Position numbers and translations under genes: made by a program
The notes under the pieces: model-generated
What the model was told of the DNA's origin: nothing
What the model saw: only the letters and a program-made list of their open reading frames with translations
Database searches by the model: none
In this document: positions 1 to 8,201 of the stretch, piece by piece
Layout: each line of letters starts with the position of its first letter
Position numbering within the stretch: the first letter of the stretch is position 1
IMG/VR virus record: IMGVR_UViG_3300037851_000590
Coordinates: 1 to 45,422 of that record
DNA length: 45,422 nt
From: a virus
Lineage: Duplodnaviria; Caudoviricetes
Direction: 5' to 3' (one strand)

Positions 1-44
1 CATGTAGCGGTCGTAACGCGGCAAATCATGTACGATCGAACCTC

Positions 45-215
45 TCATTCTTTACCCCGCTCTTGGGGCTCAGCCTGGAGCTCGAGGGCCGTCAAATACC
101 GCTCGAACACCGTGCCTGTCGGTTCATCGATGCCGCCAGGCTCTTCCGGTGCATCATCATCGCCGTCGTACTCGACTACGAGATCACCATCGCCCCATTC
201 GTACTTCTTGCTCAT
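45..215 (-). CDS. small acidic protein (56 aa, MSKKYEWGDGDLVVEY...), possible partner or immunity protein of the upstream ADP-ribosyltransferase
   Basis: Read manually (below the ORF-track length cutoff). Its ATG overlaps the ART stop codon (ATGA coupling). Confidence 0.55.
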   Translation of the reverse strand: MSKKYEWGDGDLVVEYDGDDDAPEEPGGIDEPTGTVFERYLTALELQAEPQERGKE

Positions 216-1120
216 GAGACCACCTCAAGCACGATTGACTTCTTCGTTTTCTTGACGACTTTGAAACGTGTACCGCGAGGCAGAATCAGCTCGTTCTCGG
301 TCCGCTCCCCGGGAACTGCACGCCGGCCCTTGGGTACCTTAATTGACATGACTATGCCGCCGACCGTAGCGAAGTCCTTCGCTACGTCCTGGGAGAATGA
401 CGTTGAGATAAAGGCCGGATCCGACAGCATCGCCCCCTTTCTCAGCTTGAGAATCTTGTCTGCGGCGCTGCCGCTGACGCCGCGATAGACCGTTACTTCC
501 TTTTCCAGCGGTGGCACCTTCTCGAAGATGGCATCCATGTTCTTCACCGCTGCGGTGACTGCGGGAGTCGGAAAATTCTTCGGCTTTCGCAGGTGACCGT
601 TGATCGCCTCGTATCCCATCGAGATGTAGTTCCCTCGGGTACGGGCCTCAGCGTCCGTCATAATGGAGTCGGGCGGGTTCGGCCACAGCCTTTTCAGGTG
701 GCTGTCAATCTCCATCGGGGGCGGCGAGGTCTTGGGCCGCTCCTGCCAGATGGTCTTCGAAGCTGCTGGCAGATTCGCTGGAGGCAGAGACTGTGCAGAC
801 TCGGCCGGTGTCGGCGCAGGGGGCGCCGCAGCGGGAGTCTTCCGCGACTCTAGCGCCTTCTTCACCATTGCTTCTGCTGCGCGCAGCTTGGCAACTGTGG
901 CGTTGGAGTCGCGTTTCGCGTCTATGTCGGCGAAGAGTCTCTTAGTGTAGTGGCTTACTAGTGCCTTTGCGGTCTCAACGTCCGACTCCTGATCTTTCGA
1001 GAGCGTCTCTGCCGACCAGTCACCTTTCGCCACAACGGCTGAGGAGCTACTGCCGGCTTTCGTCGATACCCACTGACCGCCATCCTCGGACCCTGCCGGG
1101 ACTCTCGGTTGCTCACCCAC
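212..1120 (-). CDS. ADP-ribosyltransferase (VIP2/Alt-like R-S-E clade) with N-terminal PRVPAG..GGQW tag
   Basis: Y..GYEAINGHLR, VYRG, FISTS and ENELILPRG motifs; N-terminus MGEQPRVPAGSEDGGQW. Confidence 0.85.
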   Translation of the reverse strand: MGEQPRVPAGSEDGGQWVSTKAGSSSSAVVAKGDWSAETLSKDQESDVETAKALVSHYTKRLFADIDAKRDSNATVAKLRAAEAMVKKALESRKTPAAAPPAPTPAESAQSLPPANLPAASKTIWQERPKTSPPPMEIDSHLKRLWPNPPDSIMTDAEARTRGNYISMGYEAINGHLRKPKNFPTPAVTAAVKNMDAIFEKVPPLEKEVTVYRGVSGSAADKILKLRKGAMLSDPAFISTSFSQDVAKDFATVGGIVMSIKVPKGRRAVPGERTENELILPRGTRFKVVKKTKKSIVLEVVS

Positions 1121-1772
1121 GGAACAGCTCCTTCCTCAGCTCGTCCGCCGCGCCCCACAGCGGCAGCTCGCGCGCGTGTTCGGCCTGGACCTTCGTTGAC
1201 GGCCGCATCCCGTGTCCCGACTTCACGGACACCGCGGGCTGCGTCGAGTCACCGAACGTCCCCCACTCGCGCTTCCCGTAGACCCGGACGCGCCAGTCCT
1301 CGCCCGGCGCGCTCCACTCAGATTGCCCCTCGAAGCAGCGCTCCAGCCTCCGGACGAGCGGCTCGCGTCGCGCCCACTGCGCGCCCTCAGAGCTGATCTT
1401 ACGCCGGAACCCTCGGGAGTACGCTGAGGAGCGCCAGAGGATGAACACCGGGTCGTAGCGCCAGAGGTTCTGGTCGTCGTTGGGCGGCTGGAAACTGAAG
1501 TAGGCCGGAGGGTAGAGGAAGTCGGCCTCGGCAGAGCATACCCACTCGGTCTTCGCCGCGCGTGCTCCGATCAAGATTTGCTGATACTCGTTGTGATAGC
1601 TCGCGCCGCGTTCCCCGACGCAGATGTTCTCACCGAGGTCGACGGGCACCTGCGAGACAGAGATAACCGGGAGCGCGCCGACCGCAGTGCGCAGCCGGTC
1701 GCGGACCTTCACGGCGAAGGTCTCGGGCTCCGTGTTCGCGGTATAGTAGAGGACGGTAACGTCAGCCACCAT
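1113..1772 (-). CDS. putative GT-A fold glycosyltransferase
   Basis: N-terminal strand VTVLYYT, then GARAAKTEWVCSAEADFLYP (DxD-like). Confidence 0.55.
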   Translation of the reverse strand: MVADVTVLYYTANTEPETFAVKVRDRLRTAVGALPVISVSQVPVDLGENICVGERGASYHNEYQQILIGARAAKTEWVCSAEADFLYPPAYFSFQPPNDDQNLWRYDPVFILWRSSAYSRGFRRKISSEGAQWARREPLVRRLERCFEGQSEWSAPGEDWRVRVYGKREWGTFGDSTQPAVSVKSGHGMRPSTKVQAEHARELPLWGAADELRKELFRG

Positions 1773-2200
1773 CAGCTCGCCATTTTCGGCGGATTTTTCG
1801 CCCAGTCGCTCTTATGCGCCGGACGAATCCATGCCCCGCGCGCAGTCGGATCGTAGAAGCGTCTGCTCGACTTAGGCCCAAATCCGAATGAGCGATAGAA
1901 CGCGCGGAGCTTTTCCTTTTTACCGGGATCAGCTTCCGGGTTCAAGCTTATGGAAAGGCCGCGCTCGTCCGCCCACGCCGTGAGCGCTTTGAGTACCTTC
2001 GTACCGTGCCCTTGTCCTTGGTATTCCTTCGGGATCTTAATGATATCCAGGTAGAGGTCGCCCGCGCTCGCTACGAAAGCTTCGAGACGGCTTCCACCAG
2101 GTAAAGTATCTCGAATACGCTGCGTCTCAGCGTTGAGTTTTTCATTCAGAGCGTCTACCCATTGGTTCCCGCGAAACGGATGGCCCGGTCGGTCGCCCAT
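1772..2200 (-). CDS. GNAT-family acetyltransferase with N-terminal GHPFRGNQ tag
   Basis: Acetyl-CoA motif IPKEYQGQGHGT and LRAFYRSFGF; starts MGDRPGHPFRGNQW. Confidence 0.8.
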   Translation of the reverse strand: MGDRPGHPFRGNQWVDALNEKLNAETQRIRDTLPGGSRLEAFVASAGDLYLDIIKIPKEYQGQGHGTKVLKALTAWADERGLSISLNPEADPGKKEKLRAFYRSFGFGPKSSRRFYDPTARGAWIRPAHKSDWAKNPPKMAS

Positions 2201-2760
2201 CAGTCCTCACTCATCTTTTTAAGAGCGATAATTTCACCCGTCCCGTACTTTCCGACTGTCACGATGCCGTCATATCCGGCGCGAAGAAGGGCGCGTGAAA
2301 GTGCGCGCCCAGTCTTTCCGTTGAACCTGCGAGACACGTTTCTTTTCCATGAGTGCTCATCATAGAGACGGCCGCCAGGTTGCGGCTGCGTATTCTCTTT
2401 CACGACCAGCGGATGCTGGAAACGAAGCGTACCGACCTCTAGCCCGATACTCCGGGCGTGGGCTATTTGACTCTCACTGGACCCGTGGTTCACGTAGAAA
2501 CCCGAGGGCTCGATATCTTGCTGGTACGTGTCTTCACGCCCTCGAATGCGCTTCGGGGCCTTCGTCGTGTTGTGGACATACGTGAATTCAACTGGACGCC
2601 CTGTTTTGAATTCCTTTCCGCCTTCAACAATAGCCGTCACGCCTACTGCGTCTTGCCAGTCCCCCCGCATTACAGTAGCGTGGCTGCTCCCTCCCCCCGC
2701 TGTGGGAGCCCATTGCCCACCCGCTGAAGATCCTGCTGGAACGCGCGGCTGATTGCCCAT
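2200..2760 (-). CDS. tagged protein with ART-PolyVal-like (polyvalent-protein ADP-ribosyltransferase) domain
   Basis: YVH...SGFYV...PLVV...AGYDGIVT pattern; starts MGNQPRVPAGSSAGGQW. Confidence 0.55.
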   Translation of the reverse strand: MGNQPRVPAGSSAGGQWAPTAGGGSSHATVMRGDWQDAVGVTAIVEGGKEFKTGRPVEFTYVHNTTKAPKRIRGREDTYQQDIEPSGFYVNHGSSESQIAHARSIGLEVGTLRFQHPLVVKENTQPQPGGRLYDEHSWKRNVSRRFNGKTGRALSRALLRAGYDGIVTVGKYGTGEIIALKKMSED

Positions 2761-2960
2761 CAGTCCCCCTCGAACCCGCTGATCCCGGTGCGCCCCTTCC
2801 AGTACTCGGGCCGCTGGATTCGTTCACCGTATTCTTGCATGGCTTCCTGCGTGGAAATCAGCTCAGGCTCCGCGTTGAGTTCTGTCGTTGGCGAGCCGGG
2901 GGACCTCGCAGCCCGTGACGTCACGCTCCAAACGGAGCGTGACCTCCCGCCCAGGATTCG

Positions 2961-3068
2961 TCATCGCCACGACGTCTCCGCCGCACCCGGCGCAGTGTTC
3001 GGATCGTCTTCCCAATAGCGCACCTCACCTGTCTCCGGGTGCGCGAGCGCATAGAGTGTCGCGGTCAC
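2961..3068 (-). pseudogene. frameshifted remnant of a GIY-YIG endonuclease N-terminus
   Basis: One frame reads TLYALAHPETGEVRY and the +1 frame continues GKTIRTLRR, resembling YAL.DP.TGEVRYIGKT. Confidence 0.4.
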
Positions 3069-3949
3069 TTCAATCTCCGCTTCGCTTCGAAGAACGCCTC
3101 GTCTAGGTCAGCGGGCCACGACGGAACCGGCCAGAAGCGCTCGATCAGCCTCTTGGTGTCCGCCGCGCGGTCAAGCATCCAGTGGCGGATGGTGTAGTCG
3201 TGGCCCTTCTCGTGGTCGCGGGTCGAGATCGCATAGCCGCGCCCGTGCTTCTTCCCCTTGTGCAGGTGCGCGTACCAGGTCTTCTTGTTAACCCTCACCT
3301 CGCCGCCGTTGCCCCACGTCTCGTTCCCGATCTCCTGGAACTCCTGGACGAACGTGCCGTAGTCCTCGACGCGCAGCGGCCCGAACCCGCGCTCCCACCA
3401 CTTCCGCGTGGTAAACCAACAACTTCCCTGTGAGGACATTTCCAAATCGAGGTTAAACTCCGGCTTGTCTCGGCGCTCGTGTGCGCGCTGCCGCCACTCC
3501 TCGCCGTGCATCCCGCAGCGCACGTCGTTGACGTTCTCGAACGGGTAGCTAAGGAAGTGGTAGTCGATCGGCGGGCGACCGTCGTTCTTGATGACCCAAG
3601 CGTCAGCGTCGAGCCGATGGCGACGAGGAATCACCACCCAGTTGTCCTGCATGTCGGCCTTGAGCTTCTCGTCATAGGCCTCGTCCAACATGCAATGTCC
3701 GTCGAGCTTCATGATGTACTCGCCAGTCGCGACCTCGATCGCCGAGTTGATCCCGGTGCGCATCCCACGCGACCGGCCCCGGTGTATCAGCTTGAGTCGC
3801 TTGTCCTCGGGCAGCGGAGGGTTCGGCCAGTAGCCGTCGAGGTGAACTACACATTCGACATCGCCACGTGCCTTAGTAAGGACTTCGTTGACGGTAGGGG
3901 CCAGGAACTTCTCGTTCCGGGCGGGAATCACGACCGAGACTTTAGCCAT
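3065..3949 (-). CDS. glycosyltransferase family 2
   Basis: VSVVIPARNE, GINSAIEVATGEYIMKLDGHC. Confidence 0.85.
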   Translation of the reverse strand: MAKVSVVIPARNEKFLAPTVNEVLTKARGDVECVVHLDGYWPNPPLPEDKRLKLIHRGRSRGMRTGINSAIEVATGEYIMKLDGHCMLDEAYDEKLKADMQDNWVVIPRRHRLDADAWVIKNDGRPPIDYHFLSYPFENVNDVRCGMHGEEWRQRAHERRDKPEFNLDLEMSSQGSCWFTTRKWWERGFGPLRVEDYGTFVQEFQEIGNETWGNGGEVRVNKKTWYAHLHKGKKHGRGYAISTRDHEKGHDYTIRHWMLDRAADTKRLIERFWPVPSWPADLDEAFFEAKRRLK

Positions 3950-3953
3950 GACC

Positions 3954-4733
3954 CTACCTCGTCTGATCCTCTACAACGTTCACGACCCCCACGACCAGCG
4001 TCACGACGGTCCCGACCGGATCCCCGACTGACGGAGACGGGGACGGCGAAGCGCTCGGCGCGACGAGCGGAAGCCGCGCCTCGATGTCGTACTTCCCGGT
4101 GGCCGTCCCCGGGAGGAGCGCGACGGAGTTCGCGGCCGTGATCTCGAAGACCACGGTCTGCGACCCGACTCCCGCGACCCGCGACGCGTATACGTCGGTC
4201 AGCTCCATGATGACCGGGTCCGAGCCGGAGCCGAACGCCTCGCGGCGCCGACGGATCGTCATTCGGATCGTGGCGCCGGACAGGTCCGGCCAGTCATCAG
4301 AGGTGAACATAAGCTGCCGCCCCTGGGCCGCGAGGTAGTCGTCCCCGCGCACCAGCTCCAGGGTCGTGCCGTCTACGGCCACCGGAGAGGCTACCGTAAC
4401 GGTGGCACCTGCGGCAGCCCGTGAGCTGATCGTCGCATCGAGGTTCTCGACACCCGCCTTCCCGACGACCCAGAGAGCTGGGACGTGCTGCTGATCGACG
4501 CTTCCGTCCGCCGTCTTGAACACCGCAGTGTACGACCCTTCGACCGTGTTGTGCGTGTCGGAGAGGTCATAGTAATACAAACCACCGCCCTCCTCGATCG
4601 CTGCGCCGCCGGTCACGACGAGCGCCCCGTTTCTTCGCACGTCTGCTATTACGTCTACAAGCCCCGTCTTTCCAACCTTCGCCGCAGTAAAGAACGCGTG
4701 AAACCGGAGAGTCGTACCTACCTGTTCGAGCAT
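3954..4733 (-). CDS. putative virion structural protein (BppU-like RGD...YDIE region)
   Basis: Beta-rich sequence with LELVRGDDY...GKYDIE; lies among structural genes. Confidence 0.45.
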   Translation of the reverse strand: MLEQVGTTLRFHAFFTAAKVGKTGLVDVIADVRRNGALVVTGGAAIEEGGGLYYYDLSDTHNTVEGSYTAVFKTADGSVDQQHVPALWVVGKAGVENLDATISSRAAAGATVTVASPVAVDGTTLELVRGDDYLAAQGRQLMFTSDDWPDLSGATIRMTIRRRREAFGSGSDPVIMELTDVYASRVAGVGSQTVVFEITAANSVALLPGTATGKYDIEARLPLVAPSASPSPSPSVGDPVGTVVTLVVGVVNVVEDQTR

Positions 4734-4743
4734 TTTAGCTCCC

Positions 4744-5304
4744 TTACGAATAGCTCGGGACGTCCGAGTGCTTGACCCGCTCGAACAAGAAGCGGAGCGT
4801 CATTGAGCCGGCAACGGGTATCGCGTCGATGTCGTAGTCGTCTGTATCCTTCGCGGTAATTTGAGTGTCGTCAATCGCCTGAGTACCCCAGACGGGCGGA
4901 ACCCCTACCGCCCCCGCCAGCTCGTCCGTCGGTCCGTAGGTTCTCGACTCGATCGGATCTGAGACGTCCGGGTATCCGATCAGCTTTCCGCCGAAAGACA
5001 ACTCGAACGCGATGATCGTGACCCCGGCGTCCGTAAATCCGGTAGTGATGTCGGTTGAGAAACTGCGGAGAAACCATGTCTCTCCGGCAGGGACCGTATC
5101 TACCGCAGCCGGGACCGGGATAAATACGCTTGATCCGCCGGAAAACATCGCCGCAGTCACGACTTGCTCGACGATAAAGTAGCGGAGCGCGGACAAGGCG
5201 CTTAGCGGCAGACGGTAGTTATCACCTGCGCGAGCGACGACTGCGAAGTCCCCATCTATGGCCGGAGAGCCGTCGAGCATCTCTGAGATTTTTCGGTTCG
5301 CCAT
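4744..5304 (-). CDS. hypothetical protein, tail-fibre-like N-terminus (MANRKISEM)
   Basis: The N-terminal KISE motif is typical of phage fibre proteins. Confidence 0.45.
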   Translation of the reverse strand: MANRKISEMLDGSPAIDGDFAVVARAGDNYRLPLSALSALRYFIVEQVVTAAMFSGGSSVFIPVPAAVDTVPAGETWFLRSFSTDITTGFTDAGVTIIAFELSFGGKLIGYPDVSDPIESRTYGPTDELAGAVGVPPVWGTQAIDDTQITAKDTDDYDIDAIPVAGSMTLRFLFERVKHSDVPSYS

Positions 5305-5438
5305 TAATTTTCTTCCGCGATAAAGCCGTCTTCGGACTCTAGAAGGATCTCGTCGCCATTTTCCTGTTGGATCAGGCTAAGAACCTTATTCTCAGAGTAC
5401 GCAAGCGGACCAATCTGACCGTAGAGAGGAGTTAGCAA
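5304..5438 (-). CDS. small protein (44 aa) with QENGDEILLE motif
   Basis: Read manually; TTG start, stop overlaps the next ATG (TAATG). Confidence 0.45.
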   Translation of the reverse strand: MLTPLYGQIGPLAYSENKVLSLIQQENGDEILLESEDGFIAEEN

Positions 5439-5657
5439 TCACTCCTCCTCGAAGTACGGCCGTTCGAGGGCCCGGAAGTGCGCGAGCGCATCCTCACGGC
5501 TCCCGCGCGTCGAGCCGTAGTCGCCGTACTGGACGGGGAACCTCGAACCCTTCTCGAAGATGAGGACCTGACCGGCCCTCACCACGAGCTTGTGCTTGAA
5601 CCCGTCGGCGATCACCTCGTCGTCGTAGTCCGCCGTCCGACTCACCGTCACGCTCAT
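5439..5657 (-). CDS. small hypothetical protein (ALAHFRALE family)
   Basis: Start reassigned to the ATG at 5657, coupled to the upstream stop; shares ALAHFRALE with 24389..24625. Confidence 0.6.
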   Translation of the reverse strand: MSVTVSRTADYDDEVIADGFKHKLVVRAGQVLIFEKGSRFPVQYGDYGSTRGSREDALAHFRALERPYFEEE

Positions 5658-7162
5658 ATCGTCATCTCCAATGCCTCGTCGAAGTCGCCTCTCAGGAGCA
5701 TCGCGACGAACTCGGCTTCCTCTGCTGCGTCGTCCCACTCTCCGACAACAACTTTTATTCTACCTTGGTCCTCGTCCTCGTGGAAGTCGAGGAGGTCGTC
5801 GAACACTCCGCTCGCGATCAACTCCAGGAACTCGCCGTCCTCGAACAACCCCTCCGCCCCGGCCGGCGCGGAGAGTGGCGATGCGGCGAGCCCGACCACC
5901 GCCGCTGACGCGGCAGCTACCGACGCGGCGAGCCCGACTGCCGACGCCGCGTTTGCGGGTATCATGATCGCCGTCGAACCGCCCGTAGCCGCAGCGTCTG
6001 TTACCCCGCCGTCCGCCGCGCCGCCCGCGACTGAGGCCATCCCGGCAGCGGCGGTTGAGGTGATCCCGGCGACCAGGAGGGCCGGCACGGGTTCGGCAGA
6101 AGCGGTCGCAACTGCCGTGGCGGCAGTTTCCCCGTTCCTGGCGGTTGACGCTGATCCGAATCCCGCAGCTACGGCGGTGCCCGCAGCGCGAGCGCCGTCC
6201 GTCGTCGCTGCCGTCCCCGCGCTCTGCGCGGCAGCCGTGCCGGCTGCCGCCGCCTCGAGGGAACTCGCGAACCCCTCAGAGTCAACCCCGGTCGCCACGA
6301 CGGCCCCGACAGCGCTGCCTCGCGTCGATCCGACCTCGACCAAGCTGGCCGCACTGGCGACGCCTACTATGCCGCTGGCCGAGGCGAGGGTAGTACCAGC
6401 CGACGACGCGACGTGCCGTACGGTGACGGTGCTGGCGCCGATTGCTGATGTCGAGAGACCGCCTACGATCCCGCCAGAGGCGACTCCCGGGGTCTCGGCG
6501 ACCCCAGACGCCGTCCCGCTCGTCAGACCCGCTGAAACGACCCCAAAGGACCCGCCAGGGGTTGCGGAACCGGTGGCGGAGGCTGCAACGGGCTCGAGGG
6601 CACCTTGCAAACTCCTGGCAGGGGCCGCGACGGTTGCCACGGCGGACGCCGCGACCGGGTATATCCGGGCGGCCGCGCTGGAACCGGTCAGGACCGTCTC
6701 GACCGGTCTAGCGGCCGCTACCCTCCCGACCCGAGTGTCGGCCGGCGCGCCGGTGATCCTGGCGGTGCTTGAACCGCCGGGGCGAACCGAAGACCACGCC
6801 GCGCCCGCCGCGCGCCCCGTGGCTGAGACAGCAGCGACTCCCGCCCCGCGCAGTCTTCCGGCGACGGCAGACGCCGAGGAGGCGACGGCTGCGGTGATCG
6901 CAGCGCCTCGAGCGCGAACGCGGGCGAGGCCCGTGAAGACGGCCTGCCCGACGGCCTCGACTGCGGCCTTGCGCCGGCGCCGTTGCCGCTCGGCCAGCTT
7001 ACGCCAGTACGCGCGGCTGTCGCCCTCGAGGCCCTGGGCGGTGCACGTCCCGAGCTGGGCGTCGGCTTCGAGCCCGGTACACGTGACTTCGTTCGCCGGC
7101 TCGCCGGTGACGCCGAACCATCCGGCGAACCACTTGCCGAGACTGCCGAGCCAGTTGCTCAC
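5654..7162 (-). CDS. Ala/Gly/Thr/Ser-rich putative virion protein
   Basis: Low-complexity small-residue body with acidic tail; tightly packed between structural genes. Confidence 0.6.
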   Translation of the reverse strand: MSNWLGSLGKWFAGWFGVTGEPANEVTCTGLEADAQLGTCTAQGLEGDSRAYWRKLAERQRRRRKAAVEAVGQAVFTGLARVRARGAAITAAVASSASAVAGRLRGAGVAAVSATGRAAGAAWSSVRPGGSSTARITGAPADTRVGRVAAARPVETVLTGSSAAARIYPVAASAVATVAAPARSLQGALEPVAASATGSATPGGSFGVVSAGLTSGTASGVAETPGVASGGIVGGLSTSAIGASTVTVRHVASSAGTTLASASGIVGVASAASLVEVGSTRGSAVGAVVATGVDSEGFASSLEAAAAGTAAAQSAGTAATTDGARAAGTAVAAGFGSASTARNGETAATAVATASAEPVPALLVAGITSTAAAGMASVAGGAADGGVTDAAATGGSTAIMIPANAASAVGLAASVAAASAAVVGLAASPLSAPAGAEGLFEDGEFLELIASGVFDDLLDFHEDEDQGRIKVVVGEWDDAAEEAEFVAMLLRGDFDEALEMTI

Positions 7163-7165
7163 GGA

Positions 7166-7990
7166 TCAGCTCGGGTCCAGCGTGACCGCGGTGCGGTTGC
7201 CGTCCGCGTCCACTGTCGCGGTCACGCGGTCCTTGGTGTCGTTGGTGTCCCTGAAGATCTCGCTCGCGCCGCCCGCCGGCCAGCCGCTCGACTTGCCCGC
7301 GAGGACGGCGATCGCGATGCGCAACGCCTGGCGCATGGTCAGCCCGGCCTCGACGCCCGCCGCGAGGTCGAAGATCATGTTGGCGATGGCTTCGCGCTCC
7401 GTGGAGGAGAGCGTGGAGTCCATCTTGCCGTCCACCAGAGCCGCGGGGATTCGGGTCTGGATGTTGTCGGTGTCGGCCTGGACCGCCGCCACATCAGAGT
7501 CGAGGTTCGCGAGGTTCACCAGCACGGTGTCCACGTTCGTGTCGACGATGTCAACCTTGTCCTCGACCTCCTGGATCACGCCCAGCTGTGCCGACTCGGT
7601 CGGTGTCAGGCCGCTGACGCCAGACTCCACCTTGATGGCCTGTACGGGCTGCTGGTAGTTGATCCGCACGATGTACGACCCGAGCGTGTCAACGAAGGGA
7701 TCACCACCACCGTCTACGAGCAGGATGCCCGCGGTCACGTTGAGCGTGTGGCTCGCCTCCTGTGGCCGGATCCGCCACCCGTTCACCAGGAACGCGTAGA
7801 GCGGGATCTTCGTCCCGGCACCCTCGTCGATGTCGTCGCCGCCCGTAGTCTGGAACGCGATCGCGTACTTCGCGTTGTCGCCGGTCTTGTTCCAGTCCTT
7901 CCAGCGGGAGTACAGGTCGTGCACGTCGAGTTCCACGGTCCCCGTCGTCAGGGTGATGAGTCGCTCTGCCCCGTCGAAACTAATCGCCAT
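7166..7990 (-). CDS. putative virion structural protein
   Basis: DLYSRWKDW...FLVNGWRIRP; C-terminal RVTATVDADGNRT motif seen in phage structural genes. Confidence 0.6.
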   Translation of the reverse strand: MAISFDGAERLITLTTGTVELDVHDLYSRWKDWNKTGDNAKYAIAFQTTGGDDIDEGAGTKIPLYAFLVNGWRIRPQEASHTLNVTAGILLVDGGGDPFVDTLGSYIVRINYQQPVQAIKVESGVSGLTPTESAQLGVIQEVEDKVDIVDTNVDTVLVNLANLDSDVAAVQADTDNIQTRIPAALVDGKMDSTLSSTEREAIANMIFDLAAGVEAGLTMRQALRIAIAVLAGKSSGWPAGGASEIFRDTNDTKDRVTATVDADGNRTAVTLDPS

Positions 7991-8201
7991 CGCTATCGAT
8001 TACGCACAGATTGCAACTCAGCTGCGAGTTGTGATTGAGACAGCCGCGCCCGCATCTGGATGTACGCCACGATCCCTTCGTCTGAACCTGTAGCGAGCCG
8101 CACCCCGGGCACTCACGGGCGATCACAGACTTTCCGTCGGCCCTCCTAGAGTGCCCCAAGTATACGCGACGGGACTCTACCCAGACGTGGATGTGCATCA
8201 C
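7980..8201 (-). CDS. small hypothetical protein with CPGCG motif
   Basis: Fills the gap between two genes, with overlapping start and stop. Confidence 0.3.
   Translation of the reverse strand: MMHIHVWVESRRVYLGHSRRADGKSVIARECPGCGSLQVQTKGSWRTSRCGRGCLNHNSQLSCNLCVIDSDGD

Noticed and set aside
5478-7658. Long plus-strand ORFs (726 aa here; also 21406..22911, 36279..38054 and others)
   Set aside because: These are antisense shadows of minus-strand genes in high-GC DNA. They have no recognisable motifs, and the minus-strand genes tile with coupled starts and stops.
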